From positions 40,313 through 104,312 of the IMG/VR virus record IMGVR_UViG_3300031134_000007: DNA of 64,000 nt. The stretch is one strand, 5' to 3'. Below the pieces are notes generated by a model. It had not been told where the DNA came from. It saw only the letters and a list, made by a program, of their open reading frames with translations, and made no database searches. Positions 18,922-29,495 of this stretch are shown here, one piece after another. How positions within the stretch are numbered: position 1 is the first letter of the stretch; each line of letters opens with the position of its first letter. Source of the DNA: a virus. Made by a program: the position numbers and the translations under genes.

Positions 18922-20538
18922 TTAGCTGGTAAGAGCTTTTAATACGAAATCCAGGGTATCGTTGGTTAAGTCGATTAAGAATTCACCACGACCTGTGATG
19001 TACGTTTCTCGTTTCGCTAACGACTCTCGGCATTCACGCAGGACGTCATCACCTAACAGCACCGTTGCGCCACAGGTGTCACCGTCGTGGTCCGCACCCA
19101 ACAGCCCCATACGGGACGCGTGCATGGACAGTGATTCCATGAACTCCGCTTCGCGTTCATTGGTTGGGAACTCAATAGCATAGGCGCCTTCAATAGGCTC
19201 CCAGTATTCGTCACGTTCCTGCTTGACCGATGATTTCAAGGTGGTGCAGCAATACGCTTTGGTTTGGTAAACTGAACCCATGCCTGTGATAGGATAACGC
19301 ACCACCAACATGTACAGATCGTTCCAGCGTTTGTAGCCGGACAAGTACATGAGTTCGGTGTACGTCATGGGGTGCACGTACTTCTTATCGAAGTTCGCTG
19401 GCAGTTCACTGATGTCGCCAAAGACCTTAAAGGTGTGCTGATCGCTGTACACCAATCCCAGGTAATACCCGTTCACCGTGATGGGTTTGTTACGCAAGGT
19501 AGAGTCACGGAAACCGTTGATCAGTTTCTCTAACCCTTCTTGTGTGGTCCATTTGGTTAAAGTCGTGACATCAATCTCGACATCACTGGCAGTCAACGTC
19601 TTGCGATCAATCAGACGCGCTAACGTACCTGAGGAGAAGACCTGTGATAACCAGCCGGTCTGCAACAAATGAATGGTTAACGGCAGGGCACCACGAATCA
19701 ATTGATAAAGACCAATACGGGTGTCGTTGATGTCCGGTGCCGTTTTAGACCCAAGCGTTGCAGTGCCTAACTGAACAGCAGTGATAACGTTACGCGTGCC
19801 GTTGAATACCCGGCGGCTACCCCATTTCTGCTGAAGTAAACCACGCTTACCGGACAACATACCCGCATAGTACTCGTAGAGCTCGTTAAACCGGTTCTGC
19901 AGCGTCCAACGTGCTGTGTCATACAAACTCCCGTTTGCAAGCTCCGGATCGTCTGTGATGGTGTTAGCGGCGCTTAACAGCTTACGGTACATATCGTTGA
20001 CTTCGTTCTCAACGGTACGACCACGCTCATCAATCTGGATCTCACGTAAGCCGGCAGGCAACACCAGGATGTTGCGGTGCATGGCGCGGTCTTTATATTT
20101 GTTAACCAGCTTGATTTTATCACTGCGTTTCGGGGAGCCAGTCTCTTTGAATTCGATGTCTTTCCAGTGCTTGACAAAGAAGGCAAAACCGGTTTGACCC
20201 TCAAGTGCGGATGATTTTATGAAGTCCTTTTCATTTTCATCCCACACCGCGTATGTGTTACCCGAAAGGATACCGGCGTACATCTGTTTCAAAGCCACGA
20301 TGCTCTTAAACATCTCTGGGTGGAAAACAGAACTTTTAATGTGGATGTAACTGAAACGCTCGTCACGTTCCTCGGAACCCACACGACCGAAGATCGGGAT
20401 GGAGTATAAACCGCTGTCGTTGAGGTCGGTGGTGAGGCCGTCGTAAATGTCTAACGACGTTACCGGTCGCATCATCGCCCACGGAATACGCTGCGGGTTG
20501 GTTAATTCAATGTTAAAAGGCAGCATAGCCGATCGCAT
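18922..20538 (-). CDS. Virion RNA polymerase beta-prime catalytic subunit (phiKZ gp180 / SPN3US gp240-like)
   Basis: GLYSIPIFG, VLPAGLR, GKRG...RNVIT, RYP and the metal-binding GADHDGD. Confidence 0.9.
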   Translation of the reverse strand: MRSAMLPFNIELTNPQRIPWAMMRPVTSLDIYDGLTTDLNDSGLYSIPIFGRVGSEERDERFSYIHIKSSVFHPEMFKSIVALKQMYAGILSGNTYAVWDENEKDFIKSSALEGQTGFAFFVKHWKDIEFKETGSPKRSDKIKLVNKYKDRAMHRNILVLPAGLREIQIDERGRTVENEVNDMYRKLLSAANTITDDPELANGSLYDTARWTLQNRFNELYEYYAGMLSGKRGLLQQKWGSRRVFNGTRNVITAVQLGTATLGSKTAPDINDTRIGLYQLIRGALPLTIHLLQTGWLSQVFSSGTLARLIDRKTLTASDVEIDVTTLTKWTTQEGLEKLINGFRDSTLRNKPITVNGYYLGLVYSDQHTFKVFGDISELPANFDKKYVHPMTYTELMYLSGYKRWNDLYMLVVRYPITGMGSVYQTKAYCCTTLKSSVKQERDEYWEPIEGAYAIEFPTNEREAEFMESLSMHASRMGLLGADHDGDTCGATVLLGDDVLRECRESLAKRETYITGRGEFLIDLTNDTLDFVLKALTS

Positions 20539-20576
20539 AATGGTGTCCTTTATTAGTCACGTAAAAGGGTGTTCAA

Positions 20577-23500
20577 ATGGCTAACGATTTCGATTTAAGT
20601 TTTGGTGACTTCTCACCTGATTATGATTTGGATTATGACTTCGGCGAGTCGTCCAATTCAGGTGCAAAGAAAGCCAAAAAGAAAGGCGACGTGATTAAAG
20701 AATTCGCGTCGGGTCTGTGGGAAGGCGTCACCACAGAGTTAACGGGTTACGGTGTCCCGCAACGCCTGATCAAATCCATGCTTCCACGTTCGTATGGTCC
20801 GGCATTGGATACAGTTGACCGTACCTTACGGTTTAAAGATGACCTATACGATAAAGTCCGGGAGAACACCAAAGAGACGGTATACGAGTTCCGTGAACTC
20901 ACTCGTGAAGCCCTCGGCCTGTACGGTAACAAGGTTCCCGCTAAGCTTGCAAAACGATTAGAGGATTGGGCCAACAGCTCAGCGTCTGACAGCAGCTGGC
21001 AGGACTACGTTACTGACGATGGTCAGAAGCTTGACGTGGATGCCGATACCGGTGATCTCCTTGATGCCCTGACACACGGTACTGCTGCCAATGCAGAGTT
21101 GTCACAAGCCCAACACCAGGAACTCCTGGCGACTCTGGCAGCCGGTGCCGTGGCCAACCAAAAAGGTGATGCTAAGCAGAATGTCCTGTTGGATCAGATT
21201 CTGACTATGCAGCGTCGCTTGGTGGGTCACACTGAGACCATCACTTCTACCTTCCAACGTCGATCATTGGAACTGCAGTATCGTCATTACAAGTTGGATA
21301 TCTCGATTGCGAAGATGCAAGAGCAGTATTACAAACGCTCGCTTGAAGCCTTCTCGAATATGATCACCAACTCCTCTATGACCGATCTGGAGAAAGCCCA
21401 TAAGTCACCTAATCATCAACGGTTAGTGAACAAGGCGTACGGCACGGGTAAGATTGGTTCCACGGTATCGCGCTACGGCAACCACTTGTTCGACTCTGTG
21501 TACAACATGGTCGACAACATGTCGCAGAACGGTAACCATCGGTGGTCAGCCGGTGCAGCCGGTATGGGTGCTGCGATGCGCTCGATGCAGCAGGCTCGCA
21601 TGTCGGGTATGACACGGGGTGCAGGTAATAAAGGACGCATTGCCGGTGGGATGCTTGCCAGCGCCGCACCGTTCATGCTGCAGCAGTTAATCCGCAGTCG
21701 CATGGAGCGTAACCCGCGGGCCAATGGCATGGGTCATAACCTCAGCTATTATGCGGAGTCAGCGCCAGGACTGATTAATGGGTGGCTGCGTAACCGTCAA
21801 CAGTTCGATGAGTTCTACAACGAATTCGACCCGAACAATAAATGGTACACGCGTCTGCAGAAAGGGGTACTCAACCCGCTGCTGAACAACGCCCTGTTTA
21901 ACATCCCGGTGACCCAAGGCAACAAGACCCGTGTTACCACGCCCGGTATCAAGGATTTGATGCAGCCGGCCCAGTTCGACATGATGACCCGTCGTTCGAT
22001 TGTTGAAGTGATTCCAGGTCTGTTAACCCAGCAACTCAGTGTGCAACAGAAACTGTACGAAGTCTGGGGTGGGGAAGCCAAACCTGAACAAGCCTTTAAC
22101 CATCGCCAAGGTGCCTTTACGTCCAAGGCCCGTGTGAAGGCGGATATCCGTGCCAGTATCTTTAACCGCAGTGAGTTCCAGTCTGCAGCCGGTTCGTTCA
22201 ACGGCATGGTTGAAGCCATTGACCCAGAGGAAGAACTCTCTGCCAATGCCCGTGTAGCATTAGCCATGCGCTTTGCCCGTGATGCTGATGCCGGTGACGG
22301 ATTCAACATCAACAACTACCTCACGGAGTCGGGTTGGATCAACGCCAGTAAAGAGACGATTCGGGAGATCAACGATTTCCTGCACAAACGTTTCGATACC
22401 AAGGAAGCCACGGGTAAGGCAAAACTGTTAGGGAAGTATCAGATTGGTGACAGTGCGGATGTGGCTGACCTGCGTAAGCGGGTGGCAACTAACATGCAGT
22501 CCCAGCAGAACTACATGCCTAACGTCCAGGACTCGGTGAACGCACTGGCCAACGGTGGTCAACGTGCGATGCTGAAAGAGATGGGGATCATCCAGCGTGT
22601 CAATGGTCAGGAAGTGTTCAACCATGACATGTACTGGAAGATGATGGAGAAATTCATCAGTAACCCGAACTTCCGTCCTGATGCCGAAGATGAAGGTCCG
22701 GGCCCATTGAAGGACCGGTTGGATACCGGTGCAATCGATGACCTCAAAGACAAAGCCAAGGCGAAAGTCAAGGATACCGCGAGTGATCTGGCTGACAAGG
22801 TAAAAGGCAAGACAGAAGACCTCGGTCTGTCTGGCTCCTTGGACAATGCGAAAAGCAAAGTCGATGATCTGCTCAACCGCGGTAAAGGTATTGGCTCTGC
22901 TGCCACAGCACGCTTACGTGCCAGCATGACCGGCGAAGCCCTGAGTAAGTTTTACGCTGACTGCAGTGACAAGTACGATGCCATGGTTGATGAACTGCGT
23001 ATGCTGCAAGGAAACGGCGACGAGCATGTTATCCACGTGAGTATTGCCAACATCAAAGAACGCACCGCAGACATGATCCGTCAGGTGAAGGAGCAGTTAA
23101 ATAACCTGGATCCGGAAGAGATGGGACAAGAGGCGTATGACGCGGCACAGAAACGTGGTGCCTTCATTGTACAGTCTCTGCAGAACCAGCTCAACGGATT
23201 AAGTATCACCAGTCTGCGCAGTGGTGTGGGGATCAAACTTGAGCAGGCCAAAGACTCTGTGATCGCCGCCACCAATCGGGTCCGGACCCCGGTGGCTGAA
23301 CCTGAGGCCTTGCAGGATGAAGAACCTGCACCGGAAGTGGTTCTGGCCGGTGAGCAAAATGACTTGCTTCGTGAACTGATCGGTTTGACGGCTTCGGCAC
23401 GTGACCAGATCAGTGCAGTCAAAGATGCGACCATGGCGCAAATCACCGGTGACCCTAATGTGATCAACAATGGCATCCAGGAACGTAAAGGGTTCTTGAA

Positions 23501-26500
23501 GTCGTTAGGTGATCGCATGAAAGGACGCGAAGCCAGTAAGCTTGCTAAAGCCTTTGGCATGGGTCGTCTGTACTCAAGCGGTGTCTTCACAGTAACGAAG
23601 TGGGCAACCTTGGGTCCGGCGATCGTTGGTTACAAAGGGGCTAAAGCGGTCTGGTCTTTCTTACGTAAGAAGAAAGAAGGCACGCGTGGTGATTCAGACG
23701 GCGACGGTATTCGCGATAACTCTTGGCTGGACCAGCTTCGTCGTAAGAAGGCGAAACCTGAGAAAGAGAAAGTGGATAAAGACGGTGCACCTAAAGAGAA
23801 ACCAACATCGCTGTTTGGCATGTTAGGCGGTATCTTTACCAGCGTCTCTGGTTTGTTCGGTGGGATCAAGAAGTACGGCATCCTCGCAGGACTGGCAAAC
23901 TTTCTTAAGCTGGGTTGGATCGGTGACCTCGTTGGCGGGTTGGGTAAACTCATCATGGGCAAGAAAGCCATTGATGCGGCTACTGACCTGATGGATGACA
24001 TGCCGGATGTTGATGCACCAGAACGTGGGGGTCGTCGGGGTCGCAGAACCCGTGTACCGAGGAAACGCGGTCTCCTCAGTCGGGCAGCGCGCTGGACCGG
24101 TAAGAACGTATTGGGTCGTGGGGCGAGGGCTATCCTGGGTGAACCGGGTCGTATGGCGGGTCGGGCATCGTGGTTGCTGAAAGGCGGTGCGAAGACATTG
24201 GGTCGCCGTATTCCGGTCGTGGGGTCATTGGCAATCGGTGGCTTCGAAGCATACCAAGCCTGGCAGGATGATGACGGTCTGGGTGTTGCACAGGGATTGG
24301 GTGGTGCGGCAGGCGGTGCATTAGGCGGGATGGCGATGGGTGCAGCCATTGGCTCTGTGGTACCTGTAGTGGGTACGGCAATCGGTGCCGTGGTAGGTTC
24401 TGCTGTGGGTGCGTTAGCGGGCAGTAGTGTGGGTGCAGCCATTTACAAGTGGGTGAACTCACCGGGTCTGTTACAGCAGATGCGTCTGTACCAGTACGGG
24501 CTTGATTCCATTAAGTCTGATTACACTGGGAAGATCTTTGCTTTGGAAGCTGCGCTGGAACCGTATGTGAAAATACTGGATTCCGGTAAAGCCATGATCG
24601 ATCCAAAAGCACCGATGGCTGAGTTGGCAAGGCCGTTCATTGACGACCCTAACAATCGCGACGAGGTTGAGTCCTTTGGCGGTTGGTTCGTGCAACGTTT
24701 CAAACCGGTGTTCTTAACGCACTATGCTGTCGCTAAGCAGATGTTCCCGGGTGTCAAGTTCTCTGAGCTTGATGCATCTAAGGACAATGCCGCGAAGTAT
24801 GAGATGGCCAAACGTTGTCAGCAGTTTGACGAGTCGATTGATCATCCGTACCGCTGGTCAGGAATGTTGTTTAATACCAAGCCAGCGTTGGGGTATCGTG
24901 AAACCACGGAAGAAGTCCAGAACGTGGTGAATCAACTCAAAGCAGAAGTGAAGAACACCAGTAAAGATGTCAAGTCAACGTCGTTGGTATTGACAGGGAA
25001 TGAAAACCGCACGCGTGCTGATGTGGTCGACAAAGGTGTTGTTGATGCGATTCGTCCTGCCGGTGGTGGTAAGCTGAAAGGGGTGGATCTGGATGGTCAC
25101 AAGGTCAGTGGTGGTTGGGGGCAAGAAGTTACAGTAGTGTCGGTGCAAGACATCCTGGGGTCAATTCTCCCAGCGAAAGGCCAAGCACTGGATGACCTGA
25201 CTGCTGCCCGAATGAAGATCTACGGCTTGCCAAATCTTGACATCAGCAAAGTCTCAACCTTGCTGCAGTTGGAATTGGTGGTACAGAACCGGATCTCATT
25301 CAACGGTCGGGGGGTTCACTTTACCGGTAAGACGAAAGAGGTGTTTGACATCATGGCCAGTTCGTTTGGTCACGGTTGGCTCTCCTCGTTCTCGTTTAAC
25401 AGTTGGTCGAAGTGGTTCTCACGTCGTTTCCTGCCAGCGTACTTGGCGTTTGCTTCAACCGTGTACAACCAGGTCGGTGATGATAAGCCAACCCTGGGCG
25501 CGATGAAGTTACCGCCAGAAACCAAGTTGATGATCATCAACGCCATGACAGGCCAGACGTATAATGACGGTCGTACTGACCTCAACATCTGGACCGTGTC
25601 AGACAGCCCGTGGTCGGATTTGGATACGTCCAACACCGATGCCACCATTCTCGATGTTCACATCAATAACCTGAAACAGCTGGCGAAGACGGCGCAGTAC
25701 GAGGCCCAGCCGGTTAAAGGGGGTGTGAAGCAAAGCGAAGACGGCACCACGGATAAGCAATGGCGTAAGGACAACAGCACCGGTCAGCAAACCACCAATG
25801 TGGTGAAAGGCACTGACGGTGTCGTGCGTGACTCTCAGCGTCAAGAGACCACGTATGATCCAGCGACCGGTAAGACCAACGGGGCTTACGGTGGCGGTCA
25901 GATGCCAGACGGTGTCGGCAAGAAAGATGGCGGTGGCTTGGACAGCACTGGGAAAGTTGAACCGCTGAAGATGGGTCCAGGTACCGAAGAAGGTGCCCGT
26001 GCCATGATTCGTGAAGCGGTGAAGAACGGCATCACAGACAAAAAGGAACTGGCGATCATGTTGGCGAACACCCATCATGAAACCGGTGGCTTTAAGAATG
26101 TGGAAGAGAACTTGCGTTACCGTCCCGAGACGTTAATGAAGCTCTGGCCGAAACGTTTCCCAACCGCAGCCAAAGCACAGGAAGTGGCAAGTGGCGGTCC
26201 GGTTACCATTGCGAACACCATCTACGGGAATCGCATGGGGAACGAGAATCCGGGTGATGGCTACAAATACCGTGGTCGTGGCTTTATCCAGTTAACGGGT
26301 AAAGACAACTATACACGTGCTTCTAAAGCACTGGGTGTAGACCTGGTAGATGATCCAGACATCATTGCGGAAGACCCCACCATGGCAGCAGCGTCCGCGC
26401 TGTACTTCTGGAAAGCCAACAAGGCAATCAGTCAGAAAGCGAAAGCCGGTGACGTTGCCGGGGTACGTAAAATCGTCAACGGTGGTACGATTGGGTTGGA

Positions 26501-27200
26501 AGATACCCAGAAGTTGGCTCAGCAGTACATGCAGACCATTGACGGCGGTCAGTACGACGACATCATTTCCGGCAAGGACAAAGGCGACACTGGCACCACG
26601 TCAGATGGCGGCTCGACCATGGAAGACATGATGGGTCAATCTGCACAAGAGCAGGCGAAACAGGAAGGTGCGGTTTCGGATGATAAATCTGCAACCACCA
26701 CCGCGGCAGCAGCACCGCCGCCACCTGGTTCCACCACCAATGCCGGTCCAAGTACCACACCGCCAGACATGTCGTCCACGGCAGGGCCAAGCGCTACTGC
26801 GACCAACAACGCAGCCTCGGTTACGCCAAACGCACCGGACTCCACGGCATCGGCCGATCCAAGTGCGCTCAACAAAACTGAGATGCAGCCGCAACTTCAG
26901 CCTCAGCCTGCAGCACCTGTTCAGCCGGTTCCTGTTTCTATGGATATGGATGACACGCATGTTAAGGCCACAGCGGAGAACACGGCAACCACCAATGAGA
27001 AACTGGATCAAATGATTCAGGCGCTCAACAAGATTGCAGGCACCAACCAACAGATGGCTGAGAAAGAAGCCGTGGCTCCGGCCGCAGCAGACCCTGGCTC
27101 AGCAGCACCGACCGCCCCACAGGCTCAGAATGCTGTGCGGTCGACGCCTGTTGGTTCCGGCAATCCCGGTGTGTCGGTCAAGCGCGCGTACAGTAACTAA
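20577..27200 (+). CDS. Large tail protein with GH19 peptidoglycan hydrolase domain (phiKZ gp181 / SPN3US gp239-like)
   Basis: 2207 aa; HETGGF..EENL, YGNRMGN, YRGRGFIQLTGKDNY and VNGG motifs; glycine-zipper segment; divergent from vRNAP genes. Confidence 0.85.
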   Translation: MANDFDLSFGDFSPDYDLDYDFGESSNSGAKKAKKKGDVIKEFASGLWEGVTTELTGYGVPQRLIKSMLPRSYGPALDTVDRTLRFKDDLYDKVRENTKETVYEFRELTREALGLYGNKVPAKLAKRLEDWANSSASDSSWQDYVTDDGQKLDVDADTGDLLDALTHGTAANAELSQAQHQELLATLAAGAVANQKGDAKQNVLLDQILTMQRRLVGHTETITSTFQRRSLELQYRHYKLDISIAKMQEQYYKRSLEAFSNMITNSSMTDLEKAHKSPNHQRLVNKAYGTGKIGSTVSRYGNHLFDSVYNMVDNMSQNGNHRWSAGAAGMGAAMRSMQQARMSGMTRGAGNKGRIAGGMLASAAPFMLQQLIRSRMERNPRANGMGHNLSYYAESAPGLINGWLRNRQQFDEFYNEFDPNNKWYTRLQKGVLNPLLNNALFNIPVTQGNKTRVTTPGIKDLMQPAQFDMMTRRSIVEVIPGLLTQQLSVQQKLYEVWGGEAKPEQAFNHRQGAFTSKARVKADIRASIFNRSEFQSAAGSFNGMVEAIDPEEELSANARVALAMRFARDADAGDGFNINNYLTESGWINASKETIREINDFLHKRFDTKEATGKAKLLGKYQIGDSADVADLRKRVATNMQSQQNYMPNVQDSVNALANGGQRAMLKEMGIIQRVNGQEVFNHDMYWKMMEKFISNPNFRPDAEDEGPGPLKDRLDTGAIDDLKDKAKAKVKDTASDLADKVKGKTEDLGLSGSLDNAKSKVDDLLNRGKGIGSAATARLRASMTGEALSKFYADCSDKYDAMVDELRMLQGNGDEHVIHVSIANIKERTADMIRQVKEQLNNLDPEEMGQEAYDAAQKRGAFIVQSLQNQLNGLSITSLRSGVGIKLEQAKDSVIAATNRVRTPVAEPEALQDEEPAPEVVLAGEQNDLLRELIGLTASARDQISAVKDATMAQITGDPNVINNGIQERKGFLKSLGDRMKGREASKLAKAFGMGRLYSSGVFTVTKWATLGPAIVGYKGAKAVWSFLRKKKEGTRGDSDGDGIRDNSWLDQLRRKKAKPEKEKVDKDGAPKEKPTSLFGMLGGIFTSVSGLFGGIKKYGILAGLANFLKLGWIGDLVGGLGKLIMGKKAIDAATDLMDDMPDVDAPERGGRRGRRTRVPRKRGLLSRAARWTGKNVLGRGARAILGEPGRMAGRASWLLKGGAKTLGRRIPVVGSLAIGGFEAYQAWQDDDGLGVAQGLGGAAGGALGGMAMGAAIGSVVPVVGTAIGAVVGSAVGALAGSSVGAAIYKWVNSPGLLQQMRLYQYGLDSIKSDYTGKIFALEAALEPYVKILDSGKAMIDPKAPMAELARPFIDDPNNRDEVESFGGWFVQRFKPVFLTHYAVAKQMFPGVKFSELDASKDNAAKYEMAKRCQQFDESIDHPYRWSGMLFNTKPALGYRETTEEVQNVVNQLKAEVKNTSKDVKSTSLVLTGNENRTRADVVDKGVVDAIRPAGGGKLKGVDLDGHKVSGGWGQEVTVVSVQDILGSILPAKGQALDDLTAARMKIYGLPNLDISKVSTLLQLELVVQNRISFNGRGVHFTGKTKEVFDIMASSFGHGWLSSFSFNSWSKWFSRRFLPAYLAFASTVYNQVGDDKPTLGAMKLPPETKLMIINAMTGQTYNDGRTDLNIWTVSDSPWSDLDTSNTDATILDVHINNLKQLAKTAQYEAQPVKGGVKQSEDGTTDKQWRKDNSTGQQTTNVVKGTDGVVRDSQRQETTYDPATGKTNGAYGGGQMPDGVGKKDGGGLDSTGKVEPLKMGPGTEEGARAMIREAVKNGITDKKELAIMLANTHHETGGFKNVEENLRYRPETLMKLWPKRFPTAAKAQEVASGGPVTIANTIYGNRMGNENPGDGYKYRGRGFIQLTGKDNYTRASKALGVDLVDDPDIIAEDPTMAAASALYFWKANKAISQKAKAGDVAGVRKIVNGGTIGLEDTQKLAQQYMQTIDGGQYDDIISGKDKGDTGTTSDGGSTMEDMMGQSAQEQAKQEGAVSDDKSATTTAAAAPPPPGSTTNAGPSTTPPDMSSTAGPSATATNNAASVTPNAPDSTASADPSALNKTEMQPQLQPQPAAPVQPVPVSMDMDDTHVKATAENTATTNEKLDQMIQALNKIAGTNQQMAEKEAVAPAAADPGSAAPTAPQAQNAVRSTPVGSGNPGVSVKRAYSN

Positions 27201-27217
27201 ACCAGAATGGCTACCGG

Positions 27218-29251
27218 GTGACCGGTAGCCTTCTTTCTTCGGAGCACATCATGACTGTCAGTATCCGGGACCATGACTACATCCAGCAGGCGTTCATGCT
27301 TTCGGGTGTGGCAATCGATGATGGCCTAAAAGACCGTCGTCGTTTCCAAGCAGCACGCAACAAATTTACCGACACCACCCCAGGCGGTAACTTCTGGATT
27401 AACCCACCGCCTCAGTGGTCACCAACGTGTGACATTCGCTCCTCTCGTTTCTGGAGTGATCAGTTCTCAGGCATGGGGTCCGACTACTCCGTGGCTATCG
27501 ACGATAATGCGGATGTCGTTTATTTTCGTATGGGTGTGCCGGAGTTCAACGGCATGTTCACGTTCCTCTCCAACATGTTTGACTCCAACTCGGCGTACCT
27601 GGCGCGTACAGGTCGTTCACCCGGTTGGCTGTTTAAGATTGCGGAGTTGGCTTCATCAATTGTACACTGGCCTATCCAGGCGATCTCGGTGACTTACAAC
27701 ACCGTGCGTTGGTTAGCCGGTATTCCAAAGTCCAAGTTCTACTACTCTAAACCGGTTATGCCGCTGTACTGGAAAGCGTGTACGCACATGCTGAACCAGA
27801 TCCTTATTAACATGGGGATTGTGCCACGTGTGTTCCGCACCCGTCATGGTCAGTTGGCAGACGTAGGTAAAGTGTCAGGCTTCGACTTCTCCATGTATAC
27901 CCAGAACGAACGTTCACAGATTGCTAACTTGTTACCGGGCTTGTGGAAAGCAGACGGCACAGTCGATCTGTTCTATCTGGCTAACCGGGCAACCCGTAAA
28001 CAGATTCGTTGGGAGAAAGCACTGGAGTCACGTCTTACCAGCACCACTAACCGTGAGACGGCAATCCGAGCAATCTACCAGCACGGCAACAACTGGACCG
28101 ACAAAGCTGGTGACTCATCACAGTCCAATCTGAAGACCACGCTGGACTCTTACTTTAAGTCAGGGTTAGGTAGCGACGGCGATCACAATAACGGTGTTGA
28201 GCGGGCAGGTAACTATACCCCCGATGCTGACGGTGATACCGGCGTTAACAATGCGGTGCAACAGAACGGTCAAACGGTCGGCGTCAGTAACACAGAAAAA
28301 CCGTTAACCTTCATGGAATCCATTGAAGCGCACCTGGCCTCGGAGTTGCGTGACGGCGGGTCATTCATTGGGTTCAAAGTCAACCATAACGGTGCGGTGG
28401 GGGAGTCGTTCTCCAGTTCCTTTAAAGACAACGACCTGGCGGGCTTCTTCAACGGGTTCTCGGCACAAACCAACGATGCACGCTTCACCATGTCAGGTGG
28501 TGCTACTGGCATCCCCGGTATCGATGCATTGATCAGAGGGGCGCAAGACGTGGTGGCGGGAGCCATCTCAGGCACTGGTCTGGGTGGTATTGCTAACATT
28601 GTACTGGGTCAGGGGTTTGTGGATATTCCGCAACACTGGGCAGGATCAACCGTGTCGCTTCCCCGTGAAACGTACACCATCAATCTACGCTCTCCGTACG
28701 GCCACCCAGTGGCACGTATCCAGAACCTGATCATTCCCCTGGTTTGTTTGTTAAACATGGCCCTGCCGCATTCTGCGGGCGCTCAGGCCTATACCTCACC
28801 GTTCCTTATCGAGGCATTCTCAAAAGGTCGTTCGCAGACCCGTTTGGGTATGGTGGACTCCATGAGTATTCAGCGTGGTGTGGGTAACGTGGGCTGGACG
28901 CGTGACAAACATCCATTAGGGATTGATGTTACGTTTTCTGTGGTCGACTTGTCACCGCTGATGCACATCCCTATTGAGCCGGCGTTGAACCCAGGTGACT
29001 TGACTAACCCGGCTGCTGCCGTGAACAAACTGTTGACTGATGACACTAACTACTCTGACTACCTGAACGTGATCTCCGCTATGGGTGTGAACGAACAGAT
29101 TTATACGTCGGATAAACTGGCCCGTGTCTTGGCCCGCACTAAGCTTGATGTCAAGCAGTGGGTGTCACCAACACAGATGGCGGCCACGTTCTCTAACTCA
29201 CTGGGTGGTGAGGCCATTAAGATGTTCATGCAAGGGACGGGACGTTCGTGA
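27218..29251 (+). CDS. Virion tail/baseplate protein (phiKZ gp182 / SPN3US gp238-like)
   Basis: KFTDTTPGGNFWINPPPQ; synteny after the gp181 homolog; probable start at ATG 27251 (GGAG RBS). Confidence 0.7.
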   Translation: MTGSLLSSEHIMTVSIRDHDYIQQAFMLSGVAIDDGLKDRRRFQAARNKFTDTTPGGNFWINPPPQWSPTCDIRSSRFWSDQFSGMGSDYSVAIDDNADVVYFRMGVPEFNGMFTFLSNMFDSNSAYLARTGRSPGWLFKIAELASSIVHWPIQAISVTYNTVRWLAGIPKSKFYYSKPVMPLYWKACTHMLNQILINMGIVPRVFRTRHGQLADVGKVSGFDFSMYTQNERSQIANLLPGLWKADGTVDLFYLANRATRKQIRWEKALESRLTSTTNRETAIRAIYQHGNNWTDKAGDSSQSNLKTTLDSYFKSGLGSDGDHNNGVERAGNYTPDADGDTGVNNAVQQNGQTVGVSNTEKPLTFMESIEAHLASELRDGGSFIGFKVNHNGAVGESFSSSFKDNDLAGFFNGFSAQTNDARFTMSGGATGIPGIDALIRGAQDVVAGAISGTGLGGIANIVLGQGFVDIPQHWAGSTVSLPRETYTINLRSPYGHPVARIQNLIIPLVCLLNMALPHSAGAQAYTSPFLIEAFSKGRSQTRLGMVDSMSIQRGVGNVGWTRDKHPLGIDVTFSVVDLSPLMHIPIEPALNPGDLTNPAAAVNKLLTDDTNYSDYLNVISAMGVNEQIYTSDKLARVLARTKLDVKQWVSPTQMAATFSNSLGGEAIKMFMQGTGRS

Positions 29252-29451
29252 TTGGGGGTATGGCAGTGGAAGGGTATTACGAGGAAGTCATTGTGGGGTT
29301 AAGCTTTTTGGTAACCTTACTCGGTTTACTCTGCGCTGGATTGTGGTGCGAGTTAAACAAGCAGCGTCGTATTGCGAAAGTCATGGGTGACCGTTTAAGT
29401 GATGTCCTGGCGTTTAGCGATAAGATGGTTAAAGCTGTGTATAAAAAATAA
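29248..29451 (+). CDS. Small membrane protein
   Basis: One hydrophobic helix; overlaps the upstream stop; ends at a terminator. Confidence 0.55.
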   Translation: MIGGMAVEGYYEEVIVGLSFLVTLLGLLCAGLWCELNKQRRIAKVMGDRLSDVLAFSDKMVKAVYKK

Positions 29452-29455
29452 ACCG

Positions 29456-29492
29456 GCATAAGAGCAGAGGCCAACGCCTCTGCTCGTTATGC
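29456..29492. terminator. Bidirectional terminator, GCATAA family
   Basis: GAGCAGAGGC-caac-GCCTCTGCTC flanked by GCATAA and TTATGC between convergent genes. Confidence 0.8.
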
Positions 29493-29495
29493 TGA

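Noticed and set aside
23630-24442. 270-aa Pro/Ala-rich minus-strand ORF
   Set aside because: Mirror of the Gly-rich segment of the tail protein
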